Source of the DNA: an uncultured Acidobacteriota bacterium
GTDB taxonomy: Bacteria; Acidobacteriota; Vicinamibacteria; Vicinamibacterales; UBA823
Length of the DNA: 64,000 nucleotides
Reading direction: 5' to 3'
NCBI GenBank assembly: GCA_913052135.1
Contig: CAJXDY010000007.1
Span: 4,141-68,140, forward strand
This document shows, one piece after another, positions 27,018 through 36,900 of this stretch. Both the position numbers and the translations under genes were made by a program. Every line of letters starts with the position of its first letter. Position 1 is the first letter of the stretch. Under the pieces are notes generated by a model, which saw only the letters and a list, made by a program, of their open reading frames with translations, ran no database searches and was not told where the DNA came from.

Positions 27018-28282
27018 TAGAACGTTTCAGCCTTCAGTTTGAATGTCGCGTCCAATTCCGGGTCGGTTGCTTGGCCCGTGACGCGCCGTGCGACGTAATC
27101 ACCGAGCATGATGCCGTGCTTGTATCCGTGACCTGATCCTCCGCCGACAATCCATACGTTCTCCATGTCGGGATGGTGATCGACGATGAAATGATCGTCG
27201 ACGCTCGTTTCGTACTGGCACACGCGAGATTCAAGCAGTGGCTGACCGCGCAGAGCGGGGAACCACTTGTCCAGAAATTCGCGGGCACGCCCGACTTCAT
27301 TCTCGGTCACCAGTCGTTCATCCGTGTCCGGGTCGAACGGAATGCTGTCGTAAACCGTCGCAAATTTCAGGCCGCGTCCCTCGATGCTGGGAAACCCGTA
27401 CACACCAGCCATTGAAAAATTCGGACAGTTTGGGTGGGTGAATCGATTGTCATCGGGCGGAACACCATACCAAAATGTCGACCGTCGAGGTGTCACGAGG
27501 CGATCTTTCATGGGATTTGGGAGCACTTTCGGCAACCAGGGACCACATGCGAAAACGAAGTTTTCGGCGGCAATTGTTTGTCCCGTTGACAACGTTATCT
27601 CCTGCAACTGTCTGCCCGCTTGCCGTCCCGGCTTCGCTTTTGCGAGGATGAACTCGCCACCTTTGCGTTGGAAGTCCTCGGCTACGGCGAAACAGCCTCG
27701 CCTTGCCATGAGTACGCCGGTACTGGGCAAATAATACCCAAAATCAATACCGTCGAGATTGAACTGGGGATACTGCCGGGCAACCTCATCGTGTTCGATG
27801 ACTTCGTTTTCGACTCCGAGCTTAGTGAGCACGGTCTGTGTGGCCCGGAAGGACCGAGACCCCCCTTCCCGGTACAACGAGAGCTGACCAGTCCGGTAGA
27901 ACAATGGGAGTCCACCCCACTCTTCCTGCCGCGCTTCCCAGCGCTTAAAGGCTTCAATCACCCACCGCGTATAAATTTCTCGTTCACCATACCCGGCACG
28001 AATCTGCCTGGTTTCACCACCCGAGGCCGCACGGGCGTTTCCTGGTCCGTAAGCATCGATCAACGCGACCGACAAGCCCATCTCACGCAAGTAGAGAGCC
28101 GCCCATCCGCCGAAGGCCCCGGCGCCGATAACGGCGACGTCTACGGTCGATGGGTTGGCGGCTTGACGATGGTTTATTGACTTCATAGGTTCGCTTGCCT
28201 CCAGGCGTTTTCCGGCCAAGGCCATTAAGCTAATGTTTCCACCGCTATATTTCAGAAATCGGCGGCGATTTAATTTGTCCAT
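27017..28282 (-). CDS. Tat-leader FAD-dependent oxidoreductase (DAO / sarcosine-oxidase-like family)
   Basis: MDKLNRRRFLKYSGGNISLMALAG matches the RRxFLK Tat consensus. Dinucleotide fold VAVIGAGAFGGWAALYL...D, then SGGETRQIR. Start moved to ATG 28282. Confidence 0.8.
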   Translation of the reverse strand: MDKLNRRRFLKYSGGNISLMALAGKRLEASEPMKSINHRQAANPSTVDVAVIGAGAFGGWAALYLREMGLSVALIDAYGPGNARAASGGETRQIRAGYGEREIYTRWVIEAFKRWEARQEEWGGLPLFYRTGQLSLYREGGSRSFRATQTVLTKLGVENEVIEHDEVARQYPQFNLDGIDFGYYLPSTGVLMARRGCFAVAEDFQRKGGEFILAKAKPGRQAGRQLQEITLSTGQTIAAENFVFACGPWLPKVLPNPMKDRLVTPRRSTFWYGVPPDDNRFTHPNCPNFSMAGVYGFPSIEGRGLKFATVYDSIPFDPDTDERLVTENEVGRAREFLDKWFPALRGQPLLESRVCQYETSVDDHFIVDHHPDMENVWIVGGGSGHGYKHGIMLGDYVARRVTGQATDPELDATFKLKAETF

Positions 28283-28436
28283 GGATTGCTCTCCGTCAGT
28301 TGATACTGCCCACACGTTTCGAAAATTCGAAACGATTCATAGGGTATCATCAGATCAGCCGAATAAAGTCGGCTACGTAACTTCTATTGAGTTGTCCGTG
28401 TCCACACCCGATCGCACAATTAATGGAGCATGCACC

Positions 28437-28805
28437 ATGTTGACGAAACCGTTTTATTGCCTTGCCGTGGTGGTTGTTGTTGCCACCGTTCTGCTCGTCG
28501 GTCAAGAATCACAAACCCGTCGGGCTCCGCAATTCGAGAATGAACACGTGAAGGTTTGGAAAAGCATCATTCTTCCAGATCAGCCACTTCGGATGCATCG
28601 ACATGAGCATGCCCGTGCGCTGATCGCCTTGACTGACGCCACCCTCGACATTGTGCAGGATTCAGGGAAGACGGAGACTGTTCATTGGGAAGCCGGCAAG
28701 GCGTACTGGTTGACTCACGACGAACCTGACACCATGCACGCCGATGTGAATAACACTGGCCAACCCATTGAAGTAATCGTTGTGGAACTCAAAAACGATC
28801 GGTAG
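28437..28805 (+). CDS. Small exported cupin-domain protein
   Basis: ATG 28437 gives MLTKPFYCLAVVVVVATVLLVG (a signal or anchor), followed by a cupin-like pattern (HVKVWKSIILPDQPLRMHRHEH...WEAGKAYW...HADVNNTGQPIEVIVVEL). Confidence 0.55.
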   Translation: MLTKPFYCLAVVVVVATVLLVGQESQTRRAPQFENEHVKVWKSIILPDQPLRMHRHEHARALIALTDATLDIVQDSGKTETVHWEAGKAYWLTHDEPDTMHADVNNTGQPIEVIVVELKNDR

Positions 28806-28853
28806 GCCTCAACATCTCGCGTCAGCAATGTGCTCAACCATTGCGGCTGGCAG

Positions 28854-31433
28854 TCACTGCGGCGCTGTCCGCGGCGGTGCTGGCACTGGGGGCTGGTTTT
28901 TTTCGAGGTTTAATTCCTTGATATCCGGATCCCACTGGAGATCGCCGAGGAGATGTTCGACGAAGTACTCTGCCCGCAACCAGAACCAGTAATCTGCCAT
29001 CTCTCGATAACTATGGCGTTGACCTGGGAACATAAAGAAATCAAAACGTTTGTTCGCCTTAATCAGCGCTTCCGCCATTCTCAAGGTGCCCGCCGGGTGC
29101 ACGTTGTTATCGATGTCACCCGTCGTCAGCAGTAAATGCCCCTGTAGATTCGCTGCAAGATCCGAATTCTTATCGATGTCATACTCGAAACTCACTTCGC
29201 CGTCTTCGTCCATCACTTCCTTGATCCCGTGATGTTTCTCGGACCAAAAGCTGTTGTACACGTCGTTATTGTGATTACCAGACGACGACACCGCTACCTT
29301 GAATAAATCAGGATAGACGAGCATCGCTGCCGTCGACATAAATCCACCGCCTGAATGACCATAAATGCCGACACGGTCACGGTCGATAAAGTCATGGCGG
29401 TCGGCGAGCTGCTCGATGGCAACCTTCTTGTCAGCAAGTCCATAGTCACGGAGGTTGCCGTACCCATAGTTGTGATACCACTTGGAACGCGCGGGATGGC
29501 CACCGCGGTTTCCGACCGTTACTACCACGAAGCCAAATTGGGCCAGCGCTGTTTCGTAGCGATTCGTCGAAAATGACTTCGAAACTGATTCTGTCTGAGG
29601 TCCCGGGTAGACGAATTCGATAATGGGATACTGTTTCGTCGGGTCGAAGTCGAATGGCTTATACATGACCCCGTACAGGTCCGTGATGCGATCAGCGGCC
29701 TTCACGCTGTAAGGCTCTGGAAACTGATAGCCAGCTGCTAACAACTGGGAAAAATCCGCCTCCTCTAAGTCGAGTATTTTTCTTCCGTTGGCATCAATCA
29801 CAACCGAACTCGGAACCGTGTTGACCCGCGAGTAATTGCCGACGAAAAATCGGTTGGACTCCCCTACCTGAACTCGATGGTCAAAATTACCCGGGTCGAG
29901 GAGTTGAACGCCACTGCCGTCAAGATTGACTCGATATAGGTGCTGGTAGTAAGGGTCTTCCTGGGGCTCACGGGCATTTGCCATGATGTAAACCACACCC
30001 TCGGACTCATCGATGCCCACCACTCGTCGAACGGCCCAGGGGCCTTCGGTTAAGCGATTTTGCAACGTGCCATCCGAGTTGTAGCGGTAGAGATGTGCCC
30101 AGCCGTCTCGCTCTGACCACCAGAGCAAGTCGCCTGACTCTAGGCGTTCGAGTGGCTGCGTCTCCACGTATGTGTTCAATTCTTCTTCGAGCAGTACGCG
30201 GACTGCACCTGTCGTAGTGTCCACAACACAAACCTCGACCCGGTGCCGATCACGGCTTTGACGCCAGAAATGTAACTCGGTTGAAATGTTCGAGAGCCAG
30301 AGGTTCTGGTCGGGTTCATCGCTATCCGGATATTCGAATATCCGAGCGTTCCAGATCCCCAGTTGCTGATCTTTGAATTTTTCGGTATCGACCGTTAGCA
30401 TCTGCTGGGTTGCGAAATCGTAGATGCGAAGTTCGCGTTGGGTGATCACTTCTTCTCCAGCCATGTCGTACTTGTAGGTCTCCAGTTCGGGGCGCTTGTT
30501 TCCCACGGAGTGAATGACCCACAAGTCACCGGTCTGACGCTGATCTCGGCGCACGATCGCGAAGCGCTGCGAGTTATGAGCCCAGGAGATGTTGGCGTGT
30601 TTACGCTTTTCGCGGTCTTCTTCTTTCTCTATGTCAGTTTTACCGCGAGCAGTGTCAGCGTAGCTGTAGTGTTCTTCGCCGTCTGTCGAGAGCTGGACTT
30701 CTTCCACTTCAATTTTCTCTTCCGCCTCGTCCGCCTCGTCGCCATCCTTACCGCGTCGCGCATCGAGAATCTGCTGGTAGGCTTCGCTGGTCATCGTGTG
30801 AAGGTTATGATTGCGGGCAAAGACAACCACCTGGCCGTCAGGGGACACGCTAGCCCACGCAGGGTGATTATCGGGGCCTTCCCAGTCTGCAAGTTGCCGA
30901 ACACTTCGAGTTACCACGTCGTATTCGAAGTGAAATACCTGCTTCTTGACGGTTTCCTCTTGATCGGTGTCGCCGTCATCTTCCTCTTGCTGTTCTTCTT
31001 CGGTTTGGTCGATGTCGGTGCGTTCTTCGTCTTGGGACGACTCGACTTCAAACTGGAGTGTGTCCTCATCGATAAACTTGATGCTTCGAATTGGCAAGTG
31101 CTTTCCGTCCCAGGGATCCTTCGTGAGTCGCGTGAGTTCGGCAGCAATACGGTCGTTATCAAATAGCAGTGTCTTGGTGCCTTGCGCCGGGTCCACTAAG
31201 TAGAATGATTTACCCTCTGAAGTTTCCCACTCGTACCAGAAGCGGTCACTTCCCTTGATCCAATGAGGGTTAGTAGTGGTGCTATAGATGAGCCGGTTCA
31301 ACTTGTACGGCGCGAATCGACTTGCAAGTTGGTAGTTTGCAGTCAGCGCCGCTTGATTTTCCTGGCCGGCGAACGTTACTAAGGGAAGAGTTAGCAAGAG
31401 CAGGAAGCCAATCATCCACGTATCAAGTTTCAT
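28854..31433 (-). CDS. Exported S9 family serine peptidase (DPP-IV-like propeller + prolyl-oligopeptidase catalytic domain)
   Basis: Signal peptide (IGFLLLLTLPLVTFAG), nucleophile elbow GIYGHSGGGFMS, and C-terminal GDIDNNVHP / FPGQRHS blocks carrying the Asp/His of the triad. Contains acidic insertions. Confidence 0.85.
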   Translation of the reverse strand: MKLDTWMIGFLLLLTLPLVTFAGQENQAALTANYQLASRFAPYKLNRLIYSTTTNPHWIKGSDRFWYEWETSEGKSFYLVDPAQGTKTLLFDNDRIAAELTRLTKDPWDGKHLPIRSIKFIDEDTLQFEVESSQDEERTDIDQTEEEQQEEDDGDTDQEETVKKQVFHFEYDVVTRSVRQLADWEGPDNHPAWASVSPDGQVVVFARNHNLHTMTSEAYQQILDARRGKDGDEADEAEEKIEVEEVQLSTDGEEHYSYADTARGKTDIEKEEDREKRKHANISWAHNSQRFAIVRRDQRQTGDLWVIHSVGNKRPELETYKYDMAGEEVITQRELRIYDFATQQMLTVDTEKFKDQQLGIWNARIFEYPDSDEPDQNLWLSNISTELHFWRQSRDRHRVEVCVVDTTTGAVRVLLEEELNTYVETQPLERLESGDLLWWSERDGWAHLYRYNSDGTLQNRLTEGPWAVRRVVGIDESEGVVYIMANAREPQEDPYYQHLYRVNLDGSGVQLLDPGNFDHRVQVGESNRFFVGNYSRVNTVPSSVVIDANGRKILDLEEADFSQLLAAGYQFPEPYSVKAADRITDLYGVMYKPFDFDPTKQYPIIEFVYPGPQTESVSKSFSTNRYETALAQFGFVVVTVGNRGGHPARSKWYHNYGYGNLRDYGLADKKVAIEQLADRHDFIDRDRVGIYGHSGGGFMSTAAMLVYPDLFKVAVSSSGNHNNDVYNSFWSEKHHGIKEVMDEDGEVSFEYDIDKNSDLAANLQGHLLLTTGDIDNNVHPAGTLRMAEALIKANKRFDFFMFPGQRHSYREMADYWFWLRAEYFVEHLLGDLQWDPDIKELNLEKNQPPVPAPPRTAPQ

Positions 31434-31612
31434 GGGGTCCTCTTAAGGTGGTAAATAGTGAAACTGTTCGTCGGACGACTTTCATCCGACACGACATCTG
31501 GACCGACAAGCAGTGCGCCTCTAAGTCGGTCGAGACCGACAATGGTAATGGCACACGAAGTGAGTGCGCGATGGAGAAACATGGGCGTCCCAAGTTGTGT
31601 GGAATTATACTG

Positions 31613-32902
31613 CTACATTCTTCCACTTGGCTGCATCATGGTCGCATCGCGCATTCTCCCCATTGCTGGGACTGGAAGACGGAGACGTAAGAACACTTTG
31701 AACGATGTTGGACGCGAGCCGTAAATTCCGATTAGTTGCTCAGGAGCTCTGTGAAGTGTCACGTCCGCGCCAACACTGAAATCAAAATTACCAAGTGCCG
31801 GTAGGTCTTGCATTACACCGAACGTCGCAGCCAGAACCGTACTCGGTTCGAGGTGGCCTCCGTGCTGTTGCGTTCCAAGCAGTAGATTGGTTTCCACGTC
31901 CACCGCTTCCACGCGACTGTACACAACATGCGAGGCAACGCGATGGGTTGCCTCTACAAACAACGCGTCAGAGCCGACGTCTGCGTGATCTTTGTCGTTC
32001 CGGCCGTAGGCAGCCGTAACAGCCGTGAATCCAGTTTCCGATTGAGTGTGCCACGCCGCTGAGACCGTGGTCCGACGTACGTTTCCTGGTTCAAGAGCTT
32101 CGGGTTTCGTTAAGAATCCATGGGAGACTTGGACCGACCAGTGAGGATCGGGTTGCCACCAGGCACGTGTCGCCCAGGAGTTGAGCGCGCCGACATCCAA
32201 GATGCCCCAGCGGTGTTCATCCGGCTCGCCGCCGTGAAAGACTGAACCCTCCAGAGCAAACGGACCATGGTCCACACGCATCGCCACGATTCCTTTGACG
32301 TAGTGTGTTGCGTCGAACGTGTGATGTCCCAGTGGCGCAAAGGGATTTTCGACGGCAGACTGCCGATGCATAAAGGCAACTGGACCTAAAGTGGCCTCCC
32401 CGACGGGTCCTCCCGCAACGGTGATTCCGGTTCGGGTCGACAAGGGTCGGTACCAGACGGCTGCCAGCTGCATGACAAAATCGTGGGGATGCTGATGGTC
32501 TGTGATGGGTTGGCCTTTGTAGACTTCACCGGTCTGGAAGAGTTCGCTATAGCCGTTCCCGCGCATGGTCGCGGGCTCCCCGCTGAGCATACCCTTGAGA
32601 GTCAAGGTGCTGTTACCGACGGACCGACTGCCCATACCCATCCACCAATTCTGTGACACGAACTCTGTGGCTCCCCGGGGTGTGGTTTGATGGTTAACCG
32701 TGAGAAAGGCGACGCCATCATGCATAAAATGCCAATTCCCAGATGGATGACTGTCTTCATGTTCGGTTTGATGGGCGTGAGGATCTTCGGGTTGCTGCAG
32801 TTCTACAGGCTTGTCTTGCTGTGCCGTCACGTTAATGGTGAGTAAACAAGCGACGATTGTAGATACGTACATCCTACGTACAAGATTTTCGTTGAGCCAC
32901 AT
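31613..32902 (-). CDS. Exported His-rich protein of unknown function
   Basis: Signal peptide (MYVSTIVACLLTINVTAQQ) followed by a His/acidic tract (PEDPHAHQTEHEDSHPSGNWHFMHDG). Many further His clusters occur (DHQHPHDF, PLGHHTFDATH). Beta-rich, and I recognise no family. Confidence 0.55.
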   Translation of the reverse strand: MWLNENLVRRMYVSTIVACLLTINVTAQQDKPVELQQPEDPHAHQTEHEDSHPSGNWHFMHDGVAFLTVNHQTTPRGATEFVSQNWWMGMGSRSVGNSTLTLKGMLSGEPATMRGNGYSELFQTGEVYKGQPITDHQHPHDFVMQLAAVWYRPLSTRTGITVAGGPVGEATLGPVAFMHRQSAVENPFAPLGHHTFDATHYVKGIVAMRVDHGPFALEGSVFHGGEPDEHRWGILDVGALNSWATRAWWQPDPHWSVQVSHGFLTKPEALEPGNVRRTTVSAAWHTQSETGFTAVTAAYGRNDKDHADVGSDALFVEATHRVASHVVYSRVEAVDVETNLLLGTQQHGGHLEPSTVLAATFGVMQDLPALGNFDFSVGADVTLHRAPEQLIGIYGSRPTSFKVFLRLRLPVPAMGRMRDATMMQPSGRM

Positions 32903-32976
32903 AGCGACCTTTCACGTTCTATTAAAAAAGCGAGATTAGCTGTCTGAGTTACGGCAAGACGGACGGGTGCTGCGAC

Positions 32977-33393
32977 CTAGATCAGGAGTGGGACAGCGGG
33001 TGGGAACACTACCGGCGAGTGCGGGGCGGAGCTTGATGCCAGTAAGGTAGGTGGCTGGACGGCCGAGCTTGTGTCGCCGAACGGAGACTTCAACACCGCG
33101 AGGTGTTCGAGGTTTACAACAGTATTCTTGACTGAGTCGATGGCGTTTGGTGTATCGAGTGCATGTTCACACGTGGCTTCCGCATTGTCGTGGTGCTGGC
33201 TGTCGTGCGACTGCCGCGATTCTTGCTGGTGCGAAGCCCGAGCAACTTTGGAGATTGCGTGAAGATCGTTCGCCCCAGCCTGGAGGGTGGCGGTTCCGCA
33301 GGCGATGATGCACACGGTCATAAACACGTGGGTACCGGCGATGAATAACACAGGCAACCGTTGGGATGTGTTCGTGAATTTCATAGGCAACAC
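32977..33393 (-). CDS. Small membrane-anchored/exported His-rich hypothetical protein
   Basis: N-terminal hydrophobic segment (LPVLFIAGTHVFMTVCIIACG) followed by ASHQQESRQSHDSQHHDNAEATCEH. It lies immediately upstream of, and co-oriented with, the 429-aa His-rich ORF. Confidence 0.4.
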   Translation of the reverse strand: MLPMKFTNTSQRLPVLFIAGTHVFMTVCIIACGTATLQAGANDLHAISKVARASHQQESRQSHDSQHHDNAEATCEHALDTPNAIDSVKNTVVNLEHLAVLKSPFGDTSSAVQPPTLLASSSAPHSPVVFPPAVPLLI

Positions 33394-33499
33394 AGTGTAA
33401 CGTCTATTCCAAAGTCGTGCGAAACAATTAATAGTGCACAGTTTTGCATACTAAAAAGCTTCTATTTGAGAGTGACAAATTGCACACAATTTCACGAAC

Positions 33500-33524
33500 A
33501 TAAAACGAACACATTCCGTTTTAT
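33500..33524. promoter_or_regulatory. Inverted repeat ATAAAACG-N9-CGTTTTAT
   Basis: Perfect 8-bp arms (33500-33507 and 33517-33524) with a 9-nt spacer inside the AT-rich region. No flanking U/T tract on either strand. Confidence 0.25.
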
Positions 33525-33627
33525 TCGTTAAAGTATTGATATAGCGTGACTTAATTAATTGTCAATAATTCAATAAAATGAATTCTTGATTGACTTGAAA
33601 TACGAAGAATATGGTGTGATTCAGAGG

Positions 33628-33647
33628 TTATTCAAAAATTTGAATAA
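33628..33647. promoter_or_regulatory. Perfect 9-2-9 palindrome TTATTCAAA-AA-TTTGAATAA (candidate operator)
   Basis: Read directly from the sequence. It lies about 315 bp upstream of the Oar-like receptor start and about 235 bp upstream of the divergent His-rich gene pair. Confidence 0.35.
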
Positions 33648-33961
33648 ATCGTCAAGAATATTGGTTTTCTGGATTCCTTGAAACCACATAAAGTGAGTAT
33701 TTCCTAAGGAATTTGAAAAATCAATGTTGGCTCGGATCTTGCATGTTATGTATATACGTTTCTGGATTTAGTGTGTAGAAGTGTGAACTGGTCGATGATT
33801 ATGGCTTGCTTCTGATTAAAAACAGGCCTAAAATCAACCATCTTTCCAGAAACAGAGTTGTTTCTTGAAGTGAAGGAATGTTCGTTTTTGTATGTTGAAA
33901 AGAAGGTACGTATGTTTGTTAATTTGTTAATCATGTTCTTCATAGTAGGAGGGGAACACTT

Positions 33962-36900
33962 ATGAGGAAGTCGGTAATGCTCGTTCTCTGTGCGCTACTG
34001 CTCGTCGGTAGTGCCACGGATGCAATGAGTCAGCAGTTCACCGGTAATCTTCGTGGCTCGGTAGCTGACGCACAGGGGATCATCCCCGGTGTGACGGTCA
34101 CCTTGACCAACGAGGGCACAACTATTGCCCGCGATACGATTACCAACGGCGTCGGTGAGTATTCTTTCGTCGCCGTCACGAACGGAACGTATACCGTTCG
34201 CACGTCGCTCCCTGGTTATAGAACCTTAGAGCAGCGTGGACTAGTCATCGGCACGAACGCCAACATTACGTTGGACTTAGTGCTGGAAGTTGGAACCGTC
34301 GAAGAAGAGATCACGGTTACGGCCGCTGCGCCGCTGATCGAGACCTCAAATGCTTCGGTCGGTGAGAGTCTTGACCGTGAAATTCTTGAGATGTTGCCGG
34401 CTCCTGGCCGTAACGCCTTCTTGATCGCGGTTACGATTCCAACGGTCATGCCGGTTGGCGACCCGCGGTTTAATCGCCAGCAGGATCAGACCAATGCTTC
34501 GCGTATCTCGCTAGGTGGTGGTGGTGTTCGTGCGAACAACTACATTCTTGACGGTGTTCCAATTACGGAGCTGTCAGGTCGCGCGGTGCTTAACCCCACA
34601 ATCGAGGCGCTTGCTGACGTTAAAGTTTCGGTCCACACGTATGACGCAGAAATGGGTCGTACCGGTGGCGGCGTGTTCAACACGACCGGCCGCGTGGGCA
34701 CGAACGAATTTCATGGCAGCGGCTTCTTCCAGACTCGTCCGGTTTGGGGTCAGATGCTGAACTACTTCGTGAGCGAGTCTGGTGGCACGAAGAAGAGCAG
34801 CGCGCTTGACCAGTCCTACTACCGTCTCTTCGGTGGTGGTGTTGGTGGCCCAATTGTTCGGAACCGAACATTCTGGTGGTATGGCATGGAAGGGTATCGG
34901 TCGTTCACGACTGACACTCCACAGCGTACTTGGGCTGGCCCGAACCAAAAACTCGGCGACTTCTCGTCGTCGACGATTAGTGGAACGGCCGTCCGAATCT
35001 GGAATCCGTATTGTCGTGGCCTATCGGCTGCGAACACGCGGTGCCCGGCGACTGGCTCTGGTTCGCTTGCGACACCTGAGTTCACGGGCGCGATCATTCC
35101 GTCAAGCCATCCGGCGCGGTCCACAGTGGCAGGCAACATCAATGCCCTCTGGCCGACCAAGACCATTAGCGGTAGAACCTATGCTGGTAACGAAGATGGT
35201 CAGCCGAATGCCACAGATTCATCCCAGACGATTGACAAGGCGGACATGTACACCTTCAAGGTGGAGCATAAGTTCTCCGACAATTGGTCGCTCAGTGGGT
35301 TGTATCTCTATAACAAGACAGACGAGCCGGCTTCTGACTACATTGGAGACAAGACGGCGAAGACCGACTACTTCTTCAGTGGTGCGACGTGGTACCTTGA
35401 GCGCCGCCCGCACGTGTTCGTGGCTAACAATACGAACATCCTGAACGACACGACTGTTTTGACGATGCGGTATGGTTGGACGCGATGGCTGGATAACACG
35501 ATTCCAGGCGTCTCACCGAAGGGGCCGTCAGCACTTGGCTTCCCCTCCTCATTTACAAGCGGTATTCATGAAACCGGAAAGACCCTGCTGTCAGGGATTA
35601 ATTTCTCCGGTAACGTCGGCTACCGAGCCATTGGTAAAAACGCCAAGACTCTTGGTCGGGTGTGGAAGTCGCCGATTTCGGCTAACATCGCTCTCTCGAA
35701 GTTGTGGGGAGCTCACACCGTTAAAGTCGGTACCGACTACCGTCAGATGGGTATTAATACGCCGACGCGTTATAACACTGCTGGACGATTCACCTTCGAA
35801 GAGAATTTCACGAAGGGTCCGGCCGGTGAGGGTGGTCATGAGTACGCGAGCTTCTTGCTCGGTGCACTCAATGGCGGTGCCGTCGATGCCAACCGTGGCC
35901 TCCTCGACATGTATACGACCTACATGGGCGCATACTTCCAGGATGACTGGCGTGTCAACTCGCGTTTCACCCTCAACTGGGGTGTGAGACTCGAGCATGA
36001 AAACGGCATGAGTGAGAGGGACAACAAGATTACTGTTGCGTTCGACCCGAACATTCCAAGCCCACTCGGTACTCAGTTGAATACTGCCGGCCAAACTGTA
36101 AACGCGGCCGTTGGAAAGACACTGATGGGTGGCTTGATCTTCGCCGGTGTCGATGGTGCAACAACCGAGCAGGGCAACCTTGCGGCAGTCCGTGTTTCGC
36201 CGCGCTTGGGGATGACCTACTCGCTGAACGACGAAACCGTCGTACGTGCCGGTTACGGTCTGTTCTACGCGCCATGGCAGTACTCAACAGGTAGTCACGG
36301 CCAAATCGGGTTCACACGGGCTACATCCGTGAGCCAGACCAGCGCCGACCTCACGGAAGCCCCGATCACAACGCTTGACAATCCGTTCCCATCCGGCCTC
36401 CAGTCCCCTGTAGGTAGCACCTTGGGTCTGTTGACGGGTATTGGCGGAAACATCCAGTTTGTTGATCAGGACAAGGGCGACCCAACCGTGCATCAGTATT
36501 CGCTCGATTTGCAGCGGGAACTCCCAGGTAACATGGCTATCACCATTGGTTACACGGGCGCGACCGGACGCAACATCGGCTACTGCGGCACGAACTCAGG
36601 CTGCACAGTCAACATCAACCAGATCAATCCAGCGACTGCCAAGTCGAGTTATCCGAGTGGCAGCACGTGGGATCCGGCAGCACTGCGCGCTTCTGTCACC
36701 AACCCATTCTTGGGTGCGGCAGGCGCGGGTGAGTACAAGACCCGGAGCACGATCGCAGCTGGTCAGTTGATTCGACCGTTCCCGCAATTCGGCAACGTTC
36801 AGCGCCTCGAGCAGACAGCCGGCGGAAAGCGTCAGTATCACGCTTTCGTCCTCAAGCTCGACAAGCGGACTGGCGGAAGCTGGTGGGGTGGTCGTGTAAG

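Larger units (their letters stand above)
33394..33961. promoter_or_regulatory. Unusually long, very AT-rich divergent intergenic region
   Basis: 568 bp lie between two divergent genes. Hand counts on three 60-nt lines give about 23%, 28% and 40% GC, against about 50-60% in the flanking genes. The region ends in AGGAGGGG 8 nt before the ATG of the Oar-like receptor. Confidence 0.5.

Noticed and set aside
27620-28180. 186-aa ORF antisense to the FAD oxidoreductase
   Set aside because: It is a shadow ORF. The minus-strand product has the dinucleotide-binding fold and a Tat leader, while this ORF has no features.
30438-31166. 242-aa plus-strand ORF
   Set aside because: It is antisense to the S9 peptidase and covers its acidic-insert region. 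The low-complexity Phe/Leu/Val-rich translation mirrors the Glu/Asp codons on the other strand. It has no SD and no recognisable domain.
33746-33943. 65-aa minus-strand ORF inside the AT-rich intergenic region
   Set aside because: Its Asn/Lys/Phe-rich composition simply reflects AT-rich DNA. It has no SD and no hydrophobic or structured pattern. I treat the region as regulatory.
34782-35444. 220-aa alternative-frame ORF inside the Oar-like receptor gene, together with similar ORFs at 35472-35987, 35591-36094 and 36982-37515
   Set aside because: The translations are Arg/Ser/Pro-rich, which is typical of off-frame reading of a GC-richer gene. The in-frame receptor protein is continuous and recognisable throughout.
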